This document shows positions 18,091 through 26,251 of a DNA stretch of 64,000 nt, piece after piece; positions within the stretch are counted from its first letter, which is position 1; each line of letters opens with the position of its first letter. The notes under the pieces are model-generated. The model was not told where the DNA came from and did not search any database. It worked only from the letters and a program-made list of their open reading frames with translations. The translations under genes were made by a program, and so were the position numbers. Source of the stretch: Candidatus Limnocylindrales bacterium (lineage in GTDB: Bacteria > Desulfobacterota > Binatia > UBA1149 > CAITLU01); the NCBI GenBank assembly GCA_035571835.1, contig DATNBU010000017.1, positions 106,687 to 170,686 of the forward strand, in the 5' to 3' direction.

Positions 18091-19272
18091 ATGAGAAAGC
18101 TCAATTTTGACGGAAGGCTGAAAATGGCCGCTGCGGCTGCCCTGGTTGCGATCATGGTGGGGGCCGGCGCCGCCCACGCGGCCTCTCCGAACGACGCGTG
18201 GATCACCAGCAAGGCGAAGCTCGCGCTCATGACGACAGAAGGCGTCAGCTCGAACGCGATCAACGTCGACACCGTGGGACGCAAGGTGACGTTGCACGGA
18301 ACGGTAGCCACGAACGAAGAAAAGCAGAAGGCCGAGGAAGCGGTCCGTTCGATCGAAGGCGTGACCAGCGTCCGCAACCTTCTTCAGGTGACGTCGCAGA
18401 AGCAGAGCGCGTCTGTCGCGCGCGCGGACGACCAGATCACCACGGATGTGCGTGCCGCGCTTGCCCGCCAGAAAGCGCTCGATGACAGCACGATCACGGT
18501 TGCGTCCGTGAACAAGGGCGTCGTCCTGCTTTCGGGCAAGGCCGACGACATGACCGACAAGCTCACGGCCGTGCGTACGGCGCGCAGCGTGCCGGGCGTG
18601 CGCCGCGTGTCGAGCGAGATCGAAGGCCCCGACACGATCGCGGACACACGCGACCCGCGTGACGAAACGTACGCCGAGCCCGGGCACAAAAGCGTGACCG
18701 ACAGCGCACGCGATACGGCAAAGTCCGCGGGCGAGACGGTCAGCGACACCGCGAAATCAGCGGGTCATGCCGTCAAGAACGCGGCGAAGTCGACCGGTGA
18801 GGTCGTCTCCGACACGACGAAGTCGGCCACCGGCGTAGCCAGCGACATGTACACGACGTCGATGGTCAAGATGCGGCTGCTTGCCGACCGCGAAACGCCG
18901 GCGCTCGACATCAACGTCGACACCGACGACGGCGTCGTGACGCTGTTCGGCATCGTTCCGAGCGCCAATGCGAAGGCGCAGGCCGCGGCCGAGGCAAAGA
19001 AAGTCGCCGGCGTGAAGAACGTCCGCAACGAGCTTCAGGTCGTCGCCGAAGCGAAGCAGGAAAACGTCAAGGCCAGCGACCAGGAAGTCGCTTCGGACGT
19101 GAAGCAGAAGCTGCGCGAGAATGACCTCGACAACGTCAGCGTGGATGTGAAGAACTGCATCGTGCGCCTGACCGGCAAGGTGCCGTCGCGGCAGGAACGC
19201 ATCGAAGCCATGCAGGTTGCGCGTGCGGCACGCGGCGTGTGTGCGGTCGAGAACGACCTGCGCTTCCAGTAA
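18091..19272 (+). CDS. Periplasmic BON-domain protein (OsmY-like), three BON domains plus internal TAKSAG repeats
   Basis: AAGGAG RBS and an N-terminal signal peptide. Repeated VGRKVTLHGTV / KGVVLLSGK / DGVVTLFGIV / NCIVRLTGKV BON cores. Confidence 0.8.
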   Translation: MRKLNFDGRLKMAAAAALVAIMVGAGAAHAASPNDAWITSKAKLALMTTEGVSSNAINVDTVGRKVTLHGTVATNEEKQKAEEAVRSIEGVTSVRNLLQVTSQKQSASVARADDQITTDVRAALARQKALDDSTITVASVNKGVVLLSGKADDMTDKLTAVRTARSVPGVRRVSSEIEGPDTIADTRDPRDETYAEPGHKSVTDSARDTAKSAGETVSDTAKSAGHAVKNAAKSTGEVVSDTTKSATGVASDMYTTSMVKMRLLADRETPALDINVDTDDGVVTLFGIVPSANAKAQAAAEAKKVAGVKNVRNELQVVAEAKQENVKASDQEVASDVKQKLRENDLDNVSVDVKNCIVRLTGKVPSRQERIEAMQVARAARGVCAVENDLRFQ

Positions 19273-19284
19273 GCCGGCGGAGCC

Positions 19285-19300
19285 CCGCGCGCTCGCGCGG
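19285..19300. terminator. Short GC hairpin (CCGCGCG-CT-CGCGCGG) between convergent OsmY-like and CLF genes
   Basis: Read directly. No U-tract, so only a weak terminator candidate. Confidence 0.2.
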
Positions 19301-19308
19301 TGATGGAA

Positions 19309-20097
19309 TCAGCGGGACGCGGACGCGGTGTCCGCGTCCCGCTGCCACCACCATTCCCTTCCATTTCCTTTCAGCACGAGCCCCGCTTCTTCCGACAGCA
19401 TCCAGCGAACGAATTCGGCTGCATCCGACCAGCCGCGCCGCAGCGCCTCGTCCGCTGCGACCGCCGTTCCCGGCTTCGCGGGTTGTTCGTCGCCGCGCAC
19501 GCCGAACCGCACGGCCGTGCCTTCGCCGGATGACGCGAGCACCAGGGCCACCGAGTAGACGGCCGGAGGATCGTCGATCAACGAAGCAAACGCTTCGGCC
19601 AGCGTCACGTCGCCCATCACCAGCAGCACCGGCCGCTCGGGCTCGCGGTGAAGATGCGTCGCGGCTTCGAGGAACCCGCACGCGAAGCTTTCCGCCCGCG
19701 CGGACAGCGCGCTCGACGCATGCCGGTTTCCGACTGCGATCGAGAACAGACCCGACTGCGCGTTGTGTACGGTGTGGGTGAAGCGCGACGGCGACATCTT
19801 CTCGTCGTACGCAATGTTGCGAAGCAGCGGGACCGACTCGTTGATGCTGCCGTAACGCGAGGCAAAGACCGTGCGCACGCTCGACGCGGCAATTCCGCTC
19901 GTCGCGCCGTACGCCGCAGTCAGCATCGCGCGCGACAGCGTCGTGCAGCGGCGGCGGATCATCGCGGGCACGGCGCGCGCATCCGGAGCACCGTCGTCGC
20001 GCAGCGGCGCCGGCGACGCAGCCCACTCTTGCCACGCTTCGCGGCTTTCGAGCCCCGGCGCCCACGCCGACCAGTCCCGGACAACGGCGCGAATCAA
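19309..20097 (-). CDS. Ketosynthase chain-length-factor-like protein (KS N-terminal-domain protein without active-site Cys)
   Basis: TTG start in TTGA overlap with the KS stop. N-terminal WSAWAPGL motif typical of aryl-polyene CLFs. Central HTVHNAQSG but no TACSSG-type active site. Confidence 0.6.
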   Translation of the reverse strand: MIRAVVRDWSAWAPGLESREAWQEWAASPAPLRDDGAPDARAVPAMIRRRCTTLSRAMLTAAYGATSGIAASSVRTVFASRYGSINESVPLLRNIAYDEKMSPSRFTHTVHNAQSGLFSIAVGNRHASSALSARAESFACGFLEAATHLHREPERPVLLVMGDVTLAEAFASLIDDPPAVYSVALVLASSGEGTAVRFGVRGDEQPAKPGTAVAADEALRRGWSDAAEFVRWMLSEEAGLVLKGNGREWWWQRDADTASASR

Positions 20098-21311
20098 CTT
20101 CCGACCTCCGGACCGTGCGAGAACACCAGCGTGCAGTTGTTGCCGCCGAAACCGAACGAGTTGCTCATGACGTGGCACGTCTCGCCCGTGACCGCGCGGC
20201 GACCATCGCCGGCGAAATCGAGGCGCGGAAGCGCGGGGTCGGCGACGCCGTCCCAGCGGTGCGGCGGCAACACGAGCTCGCGGGCCGCGCGATGAAGGAG
20301 GATCTCCGCGCAGAACGCCGCTTCGGTTGCGCCGGCCGCGCCGAGCGTGTGGCCGGTCAGCGGCTTGGTCGAGCTGGCCGGCACGCGATCCTCGAACAGC
20401 GTCCAGATTGCGCGGCATTCCATCGCATCGTTGGCCGGAGTGCCGGTGCCGTGGATGTTGAGATACGAGATGTCGCCGGGCGCGAGGCCCGCATCGGCAA
20501 GCGCACCGCGCATCGCGGCGAGAGCGCCGGCGCCGTCGGGATCCGGCGCCGACATATGGTGCGCTTCGCTCGACTCGCCGACTCCCGTCAGCTGTACGCC
20601 GCCGCTCTCGCGCGTGACCAGGAAGAACGCGGCAGCCTCGCCGAGCGTGATTCCGCAGCGGTTGACGCTGCACGGATTGGTCAGCTCCTCGCAGATCAGC
20701 CCGAGCGAGCTGAAGCCGCTCGAAGTGAGGCCGCAGATGGTGTCGGCCGCGCCGCACACGACGGCGTCGGCAACGTCCATCTCGAGCAGCGACCTCGCCG
20801 ACGCGAGCGCACGCGCACCGGACGAGCAGGCCGTCGACAGCGTGAACGCCGGACCGGTCGTGCCGAGCCACGACGCGACAAACTCGGCGATACCGCCGAA
20901 CTCGAGCTGCGCGGCGCGAAACCGGCGCGGCAGCGAGCCGGTGCGCTCGCGATGGCGGATGGCTTCTTCGGCATCTCCCACACCGGACGTGCTCGTGCCG
21001 GCGACGACGGCGATGCGCCCGCGCCCGAAACTGCGGATCGCATCCTCGATCGGCGCGCGGATCTGCGAGAGCACTGCGGCAACCAGGCGGTTGTTGCGAC
21101 AGTCGTACTCGGCCATCGAAGGATCGAGCACCGGAAAGTCCGCGTCGATCATTCCGACGAGGATCTCACGGTCGGGAGCGAGGCCGCGGCGGCGGACGAA
21201 GCGGCTGGTATCGCCGCCCGCAAGGCGCGGCCAGATCTCGGCGATACCGGCGCCGAGGTTGTTCGCCATCGCGATCGCAGACAGGCGGCATGCGCGAGGC
21301 CGGCCGGTCAT
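20094..21311 (-). CDS. Beta-ketoacyl-ACP synthase (KS)
   Basis: Active-site TACSSG, HGTGT and GHTLGAAG motifs. Confidence 0.85.
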   Translation of the reverse strand: MTGRPRACRLSAIAMANNLGAGIAEIWPRLAGGDTSRFVRRRGLAPDREILVGMIDADFPVLDPSMAEYDCRNNRLVAAVLSQIRAPIEDAIRSFGRGRIAVVAGTSTSGVGDAEEAIRHRERTGSLPRRFRAAQLEFGGIAEFVASWLGTTGPAFTLSTACSSGARALASARSLLEMDVADAVVCGAADTICGLTSSGFSSLGLICEELTNPCSVNRCGITLGEAAAFFLVTRESGGVQLTGVGESSEAHHMSAPDPDGAGALAAMRGALADAGLAPGDISYLNIHGTGTPANDAMECRAIWTLFEDRVPASSTKPLTGHTLGAAGATEAAFCAEILLHRAARELVLPPHRWDGVADPALPRLDFAGDGRRAVTGETCHVMSNSFGFGGNNCTLVFSHGPEVGS

Positions 21312-22321
21312 TTCCGGTTTTTCTCTGCGGCGCGATCCGGTCCCGCCGATGGTGCGTTGCCCGTCCCAGGCTCAGGAAATGTTTCCGGCGTGTCGGTTGG
21401 TGAAGACGGCGGCGGCGCGGGATCGTTCCTGTGTACGGCCGCCTCGTGCGCCGCAAGATTGGCTTCGGCGCCGACCGGTACCATTTCTTTCGACGACAGC
21501 CAGACCCAGCCGATCGCGATGCCGCCCATGAATGCGCTGTCGCTGCCGACGAGAGGGCTGTTTTCGAACGCCGCGCCGGCAAGATTCGTATAGCGCGCGA
21601 AGATGCCGACGTAGAACGGTCCGAAATAACGGCTCACGCCGGTGGAGATACGAAACCCCGCGTATCCGCCGTTCGGGTTGTACGCGCGGCGGCTCGGCGT
21701 CTCGAACTGCGGCGCCACGCCGTAGATGTATTCGTTGTATTCGTTGTTGCTGAATTCCAGGCCCGCGTTGGCCTCCACGCGGTAGACGTCCGGCTCGAAC
21801 CGGTACTGCAGCTTCGGGCTCGCAACCAGCCCTTCGTACGCGAAGTTGTCGAGATCGACGGCGAGCGCCGTGCGCAGCGGAACGTCGACGTCGAGCACGT
21901 GACGGCCGTTCTCGCTCATCGCAACGCGGAATTTCACGGTCGGCCCGATCTGCGCGATCCAGTCGAGATCGTGCATCCCGTGACGGCGGTCGTTGTCGTC
22001 GCTGTCGACCGAAACCTGGCCGCCGGCCGACAGGTCGAGCCGCACGAGGTCGGTTCCGAAGATCCGCGTCTGCATCGATTCGCGGTCCAGGCGCAGCCGC
22101 GAGCCGCGATAGATCACCCACGGAAACGGGATCGGATGGAAGCGGTACTCGTCCGAGCCGACGTAATCGGGCTGCGTGTAGAAGACGCTGCCGACTCCGA
22201 GCTCCCACTTCGGGCGGGTCTCGGCCGACGCGCGGTCGCAGGCAATCGCGCCGACCATCACGGAAACGGTAACGATCGACCACGAACGCAGCGACAGAGC
22301 CCGACGGGAAGGGAATTTCAC
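21308..22321 (-). CDS. MipA/OmpV-family outer membrane protein
   Basis: Signal peptide and beta-barrel-like alternating pattern with repeated aromatic-ended strands. ATGA overlap with the KS start implies co-translation with KS/CLF. Confidence 0.65.
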   Translation of the reverse strand: MKFPSRRALSLRSWSIVTVSVMVGAIACDRASAETRPKWELGVGSVFYTQPDYVGSDEYRFHPIPFPWVIYRGSRLRLDRESMQTRIFGTDLVRLDLSAGGQVSVDSDDNDRRHGMHDLDWIAQIGPTVKFRVAMSENGRHVLDVDVPLRTALAVDLDNFAYEGLVASPKLQYRFEPDVYRVEANAGLEFSNNEYNEYIYGVAPQFETPSRRAYNPNGGYAGFRISTGVSRYFGPFYVGIFARYTNLAGAAFENSPLVGSDSAFMGGIAIGWVWLSSKEMVPVGAEANLAAHEAAVHRNDPAPPPSSPTDTPETFPEPGTGNAPSAGPDRAAEKNRK

Positions 22322-22384
22322 CGGCGCAAACTAAGGGCCCTCCGCCGGGCGATCAAATCGCGACGGCAGCCGGTAGCGCCCGCG

Positions 22385-25285
22385 TCAGCACCTGCAGGCC
22401 AGGTTCACCCCGGCATCGACCGCACGCTTGAGCGTGATCAGCGCGTCGGTTGCCGAGAGCGTGCCGTTGCCGTTGGCGTCGCAGATGCAGAACTTGCCGC
22501 CGCTGCACTGCGAACCGCCGACTGCCGCCTTGAGAATCGTCAGCGCGTCGGAAGCCTTGACGATGCCGTCCCCGCTGACGTCGCCGCAGATGCTGCCCGG
22601 CGGCAGCGACGTGGTCGTGGTGGTGGTGGTCGTCGTCGTGCAGTCGGGAATCGGGGTGTGGGAGCAATGCTGCGGTCCCTCCGTGCACGCATCGGTCGTG
22701 CACGGATCGTGATCGTCGCAGTCGCTGGTCGCGCTGCCCGTGCAGGCTCCGGCACTGCTGCACGTCGACGCCTGCGTGCACGGATTGCCGTCATTGCACG
22801 CGCTGCCGGTCGGATCGTGCGCCGTGCACGTCTTTGCCTGTTCGTTGCACGACTCGGAACAGTTCGCATCGTTGTCGGGGCCCGGGCACGGGCTTCCGGC
22901 GTGCTGGCTGCAGGCCCCGCCGAGGCACGTGTCGAGGCCGTTGCAGAAGATCCCGTCGTCGCACGGGATTCCGTCCGGATCCGGATTGGTGCAGCCGGGC
23001 AGGCCGTTGTCGCTGCACGATTCGGAGCAGTTGGCGTCGCCGTCGTTGCCGGGGCACGCAAGACCGATGTGCACGCTGCACTCGCCGAGGTGGCACTTGT
23101 CGACGCCGTCGCATGTCAGCCCGTCGCTGCAGTCGCTGCCTTCGGGATCGGCGCCGGTGCACGCATCGGCCACGTCGTCACAGGTTTCGGAGCAGTCGAT
23201 GTCGCCGTCCGGGCCGTCGCACGGATTGCCGGAATGCGAGCTGCAGGCGCCGCCGAGGCAGGTATCGGTGCCGTTGCAGAACAGCCCGTCGTTGCACGCC
23301 GAGCCGTTCGGATCGTTCGAAGAGCACGAATCGCCCGCTTCGTTGCACGACTCGGCGCAGTTGCCGTCGCCATCCGGGCCGGCGCACGGATCGCCGGCAT
23401 GCTGGCTGCAGCTCCCGTTCGAGCAGGTGTCGGCGCCGTTGCAGAACACGGCATCGTTGCACGCGGATCCGTTGGGATCGTTGGCAGTGCAGGCTTTTGC
23501 CTGCTCGTTGCAGACTTCGGAGCAGTCCGAGTCGCCGTCGGGCCCGTCGCACGGATTGCCCGGATGAACGCTGCACGAGCCGTTCGAGCATGCGTCGGCG
23601 CCGTTGCAGAAGAGCCCGTCGTTGCACGGCGCGCTATCGGGATCGGCCGCGGTGCAGGTCTTGAGCTCCTCGCTGCACGACTCGGCGCAGTTGGCATCGT
23701 TGTCGGGCCCTGCGCACGGGCTGCCGGCATGATGGCTGCAGGTTCCGTTCGAACAGGTGTCGGCCCCGTTGCAGAAAATTCCGTCGTCGCAGGCCGATCC
23801 GTTCGGATCGGGATTGGTGCATCCCGGCGATCCGCTGTCGCTGCACGATTCCGAGCAGTCGGCGTCTCCGTCGCTGCCGGGACACTCGACACCGACGTGT
23901 ACGCCGCATTCGCCGAGATGGCATTTGTCGGTGCCGTTGCATGCAAGTCCGTCGTCGCAGTCGGTGCCTTCGGGGTCCGCGCCGGTGCACGCATCGGCGA
24001 CGTCGTCGCATGTCTCCGAACAATCGTTGTCGCCGTCCGGTCCGTCGCACGGGTTGCCGGCGTGCGAGCTGCACGCGCCGGCCACACAGGTGTCCGGGCC
24101 GTTGCAGAACTGTCCGTCGTTGCACGGCGCGCCGGCCGGATCGTCGGCGGTGCACGAGTCGTTCGCCTCGTTGCACGACTCCGCGCAATTGGCATCACCA
24201 TCCGGGCCCGCGCACGGATTGCCGGCGTGCTGGCTGCAGCTTCCGTTCGAGCAGCTGTCGGGGCCGTTGCAGAATTCCGTGTCGTTGCAGGCGGACCCGT
24301 TCGGATCGCTGGCGGTGCACGCTTTTGCTTGCTCGCTGCAGCTTTCCGAGCAATCGCCATCTCCGTCCGGTCCCCCGCACGGATTGCCCGAGTGAATGCT
24401 GCACGATCCGTTCGAGCAGGTATCGGTGCCGTTGCAGAAGATCCCGTCGTTGCACGGGCTGCCGTTCGGGTCCGGCCCCGTGCACCCGCCGGCAGCGTCG
24501 CTGCACGACTCGGCGCAGTTCGAATCGCCGTCGGCGCCGGGGCACTGGACGCCGGAATGCTGCGTGCAGAATCCCGTCGCGCTGCAGCTGTCGGCGCCAT
24601 TGCAGAACAGGCCGTCGTTGCACGGCGATCCCTGGGCTTCGCGCTCGCAGCCGGCCGAGCAGCAATCGCCGCCGGCGGTGTTGCCGTCGTCGCACTGCTC
24701 GCCGATCTCGACCACGTGATTTCCGCAGTCGGTCTGGAAGAAGCCGACGTGCAGGAAATAGCGGTTGAGCTTCTTGCCGCCGTACGTCGATACGCGGATG
24801 TCGTACTGGCCGGCCGGCAGCCGGTGCTCCAGCCGCGAGCACAGCGAAATCCCCGAGTCGTCGTCGAACGCGATACACGGCAGATCGTCTCCGTACGACG
24901 TGCAGGTTCCGCCGGCGCCGGCCTGGCGCAGGGTGATGATCGTATCGCCCGGGCAGCCGCCGAATCCGTTGGTGGTCTCCGCGAGCAGCACGCGCGTGCC
25001 CGTGATCTCGAACGTGTAGGTGTCGAACGATCCGGCCGGAAAACCGCCTTCGAAGTCTCCGCCGCCGCTAACGTCGACCGGGATGAACAGCGTCGTGGTC
25101 GTGGTTCCCGGCAGCGCAGTCGTGGTCGTCGTCGAAGCGAAGATCTGCGCGTGCGCCTGTCCCGGCGCCAGAGTGGTCGCGAGGATGGTTGCCGGGATGC
25201 TCGCGCACATCGCCGCGAGCGTCAGATCCGCCATCACCAGGCGGCGCAGCATCGGTGCCGGGCCGCGCGATCTCGGGAATGTCAT
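22385..25285 (-). CDS. Secreted cysteine-rich repeat protein (Myxococcus-type Cys-rich repeat, ~12 tandem 55-aa units) with C-terminal dockerin-like domain
   Basis: Start trimmed to MTFPRS (GAGGAAA RBS), followed by a signal peptide. CGNHVVEIGEQCDDGNTAGGDCCSAGCE matches the Myxococcus cysteine-rich repeat consensus. The C-terminal GDVSGDGIVKASDALTILKAAV and CDANGNGTLSATDALITLKRAV are dockerin calcium-binding repeats. Confidence 0.75.
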   Translation of the reverse strand: MTFPRSRGPAPMLRRLVMADLTLAAMCASIPATILATTLAPGQAHAQIFASTTTTTALPGTTTTTLFIPVDVSGGGDFEGGFPAGSFDTYTFEITGTRVLLAETTNGFGGCPGDTIITLRQAGAGGTCTSYGDDLPCIAFDDDSGISLCSRLEHRLPAGQYDIRVSTYGGKKLNRYFLHVGFFQTDCGNHVVEIGEQCDDGNTAGGDCCSAGCEREAQGSPCNDGLFCNGADSCSATGFCTQHSGVQCPGADGDSNCAESCSDAAGGCTGPDPNGSPCNDGIFCNGTDTCSNGSCSIHSGNPCGGPDGDGDCSESCSEQAKACTASDPNGSACNDTEFCNGPDSCSNGSCSQHAGNPCAGPDGDANCAESCNEANDSCTADDPAGAPCNDGQFCNGPDTCVAGACSSHAGNPCDGPDGDNDCSETCDDVADACTGADPEGTDCDDGLACNGTDKCHLGECGVHVGVECPGSDGDADCSESCSDSGSPGCTNPDPNGSACDDGIFCNGADTCSNGTCSHHAGSPCAGPDNDANCAESCSEELKTCTAADPDSAPCNDGLFCNGADACSNGSCSVHPGNPCDGPDGDSDCSEVCNEQAKACTANDPNGSACNDAVFCNGADTCSNGSCSQHAGDPCAGPDGDGNCAESCNEAGDSCSSNDPNGSACNDGLFCNGTDTCLGGACSSHSGNPCDGPDGDIDCSETCDDVADACTGADPEGSDCSDGLTCDGVDKCHLGECSVHIGLACPGNDGDANCSESCSDNGLPGCTNPDPDGIPCDDGIFCNGLDTCLGGACSQHAGSPCPGPDNDANCSESCNEQAKTCTAHDPTGSACNDGNPCTQASTCSSAGACTGSATSDCDDHDPCTTDACTEGPQHCSHTPIPDCTTTTTTTTTTSLPPGSICGDVSGDGIVKASDALTILKAAVGGSQCSGGKFCICDANGNGTLSATDALITLKRAVDAGVNLACRC
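22560..24540 (-). repeat. Coding tandem repeat array (~165-bp unit x ~12, with a higher-order ~5-unit duplication)
   Basis: Units 4-6 and 9-11 are nearly identical at protein level (e.g. CSETCDDVADACTGADPEG appears twice). The array generates many spurious long ORFs in other frames, including a 1325-aa antisense ORF. Confidence 0.7.
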
Positions 25286-25298
25286 CGCTTTCCTCTGG

Positions 25299-26144
25299 TC
25301 ACGGAAGAATTCTCGACGCGGCGAGCGCAGGGATCGCTGCCGGCGCGGCGTTCGTGGCCGCCGTCCCTCCACGCAGCCGCTCGCGGAAGAAACCGATCAC
25401 GCGCGTGACGGCTTCGCGGGTCGGCTCACCGTCCCTGTCGATCAGATGCTCGGTCAGCACGCTGTGCGCCTGCTTCTGCAGCGCATCCGGATTCGCGCAG
25501 GAATCCTCGAGCTCGATCCCCTCGAATGCGCTGCCGATCTCGCGGCGCAGGGTTTCGAACTTGGATGCCGGCGACATCGGATCACCCTTGAACCGGAGCG
25601 CGAGGACCTTCTCGCCGTCGAGACACCGCTGCTTCAGGCAGGTGAGCTCTTCGGGCGAGACATGAAGCGCCTTGCCGTGGGCGCGGCTGACACAGAACGG
25701 CATCGACGGCTGCGACAGCACGGGCGCCTTCAGGCACGGCTCCATCATCATCGCGAGCGCGAAGTTGCCCGAAAAGCACATGCCGAGCGCGCCGACCGGT
25801 CCGCCGCCGGTCTCCGCCGAAGCGTGGCGCGCAAGCGCGCGCAGCCAGACCGTGATCGGGCTCGAGCGGTTGGACGCAAGCACCGCGAACTCGCGGCTGA
25901 CGCAGACGCGCGCAATCGATGCGAGGCCGTAGGCGAGCGTCGGCTCGCGGCCGGCCTCGCCGACCAGAAGCGGCATGTACACGCGGAATCCGGCCTCGAC
26001 GATCCAGTCGGCAAAGCGCACGACTTTCGGAGTGACGCCCGGAATCTCGTGCATGACGATGACCGCCGGGCCGTCGCCGCGAACATAGACAGGTTTCGTC
26101 GTTCCCTCGTGCGAGAAGTCGGAGCGGCGGTAGTCGGCGAGCAT
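25299..26144 (-). CDS. Dienelactone hydrolase-family alpha/beta hydrolase
   Basis: DLH-like length and GMCFSGNFA nucleophile elbow. Only 13 nt upstream of the Cys-rich protein start, so probably co-transcribed. Confidence 0.7.
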   Translation of the reverse strand: MLADYRRSDFSHEGTTKPVYVRGDGPAVIVMHEIPGVTPKVVRFADWIVEAGFRVYMPLLVGEAGREPTLAYGLASIARVCVSREFAVLASNRSSPITVWLRALARHASAETGGGPVGALGMCFSGNFALAMMMEPCLKAPVLSQPSMPFCVSRAHGKALHVSPEELTCLKQRCLDGEKVLALRFKGDPMSPASKFETLRREIGSAFEGIELEDSCANPDALQKQAHSVLTEHLIDRDGEPTREAVTRVIGFFRERLRGGTAATNAAPAAIPALAASRILP

Positions 26145-26251
26145 GACGGCGGAATCTGAGCCATTTCCGCATGCGGGGCAAGGAAGGGAGGCGGGAAAGC
26201 ATTTGACGGTACGCAGCGCAGGCTCTACCCCGGCCGGCAGGTCGACGAATC

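Noticed and set aside
22560-24540. Possibility that the regular ~165-bp repeats are a CRISPR array
   Set aside because: Repeats are 165 bp, contiguous without unique spacers, and lie inside a continuous ORF encoding a Cys-rich protein. No cas genes are present.
21431-25408. 1325-aa plus-strand ORF and other long ORFs (22740..23567, 22834..23664, 23116..24600) across the Cys-rich repeat gene
   Set aside because: Antisense and off-frame artefacts of the tandem repeat array. Their periodic Ala/Arg/Val composition simply mirrors the repeat. The minus-strand frame has a signal peptide, recognisable Cys-rich repeats and a dockerin.
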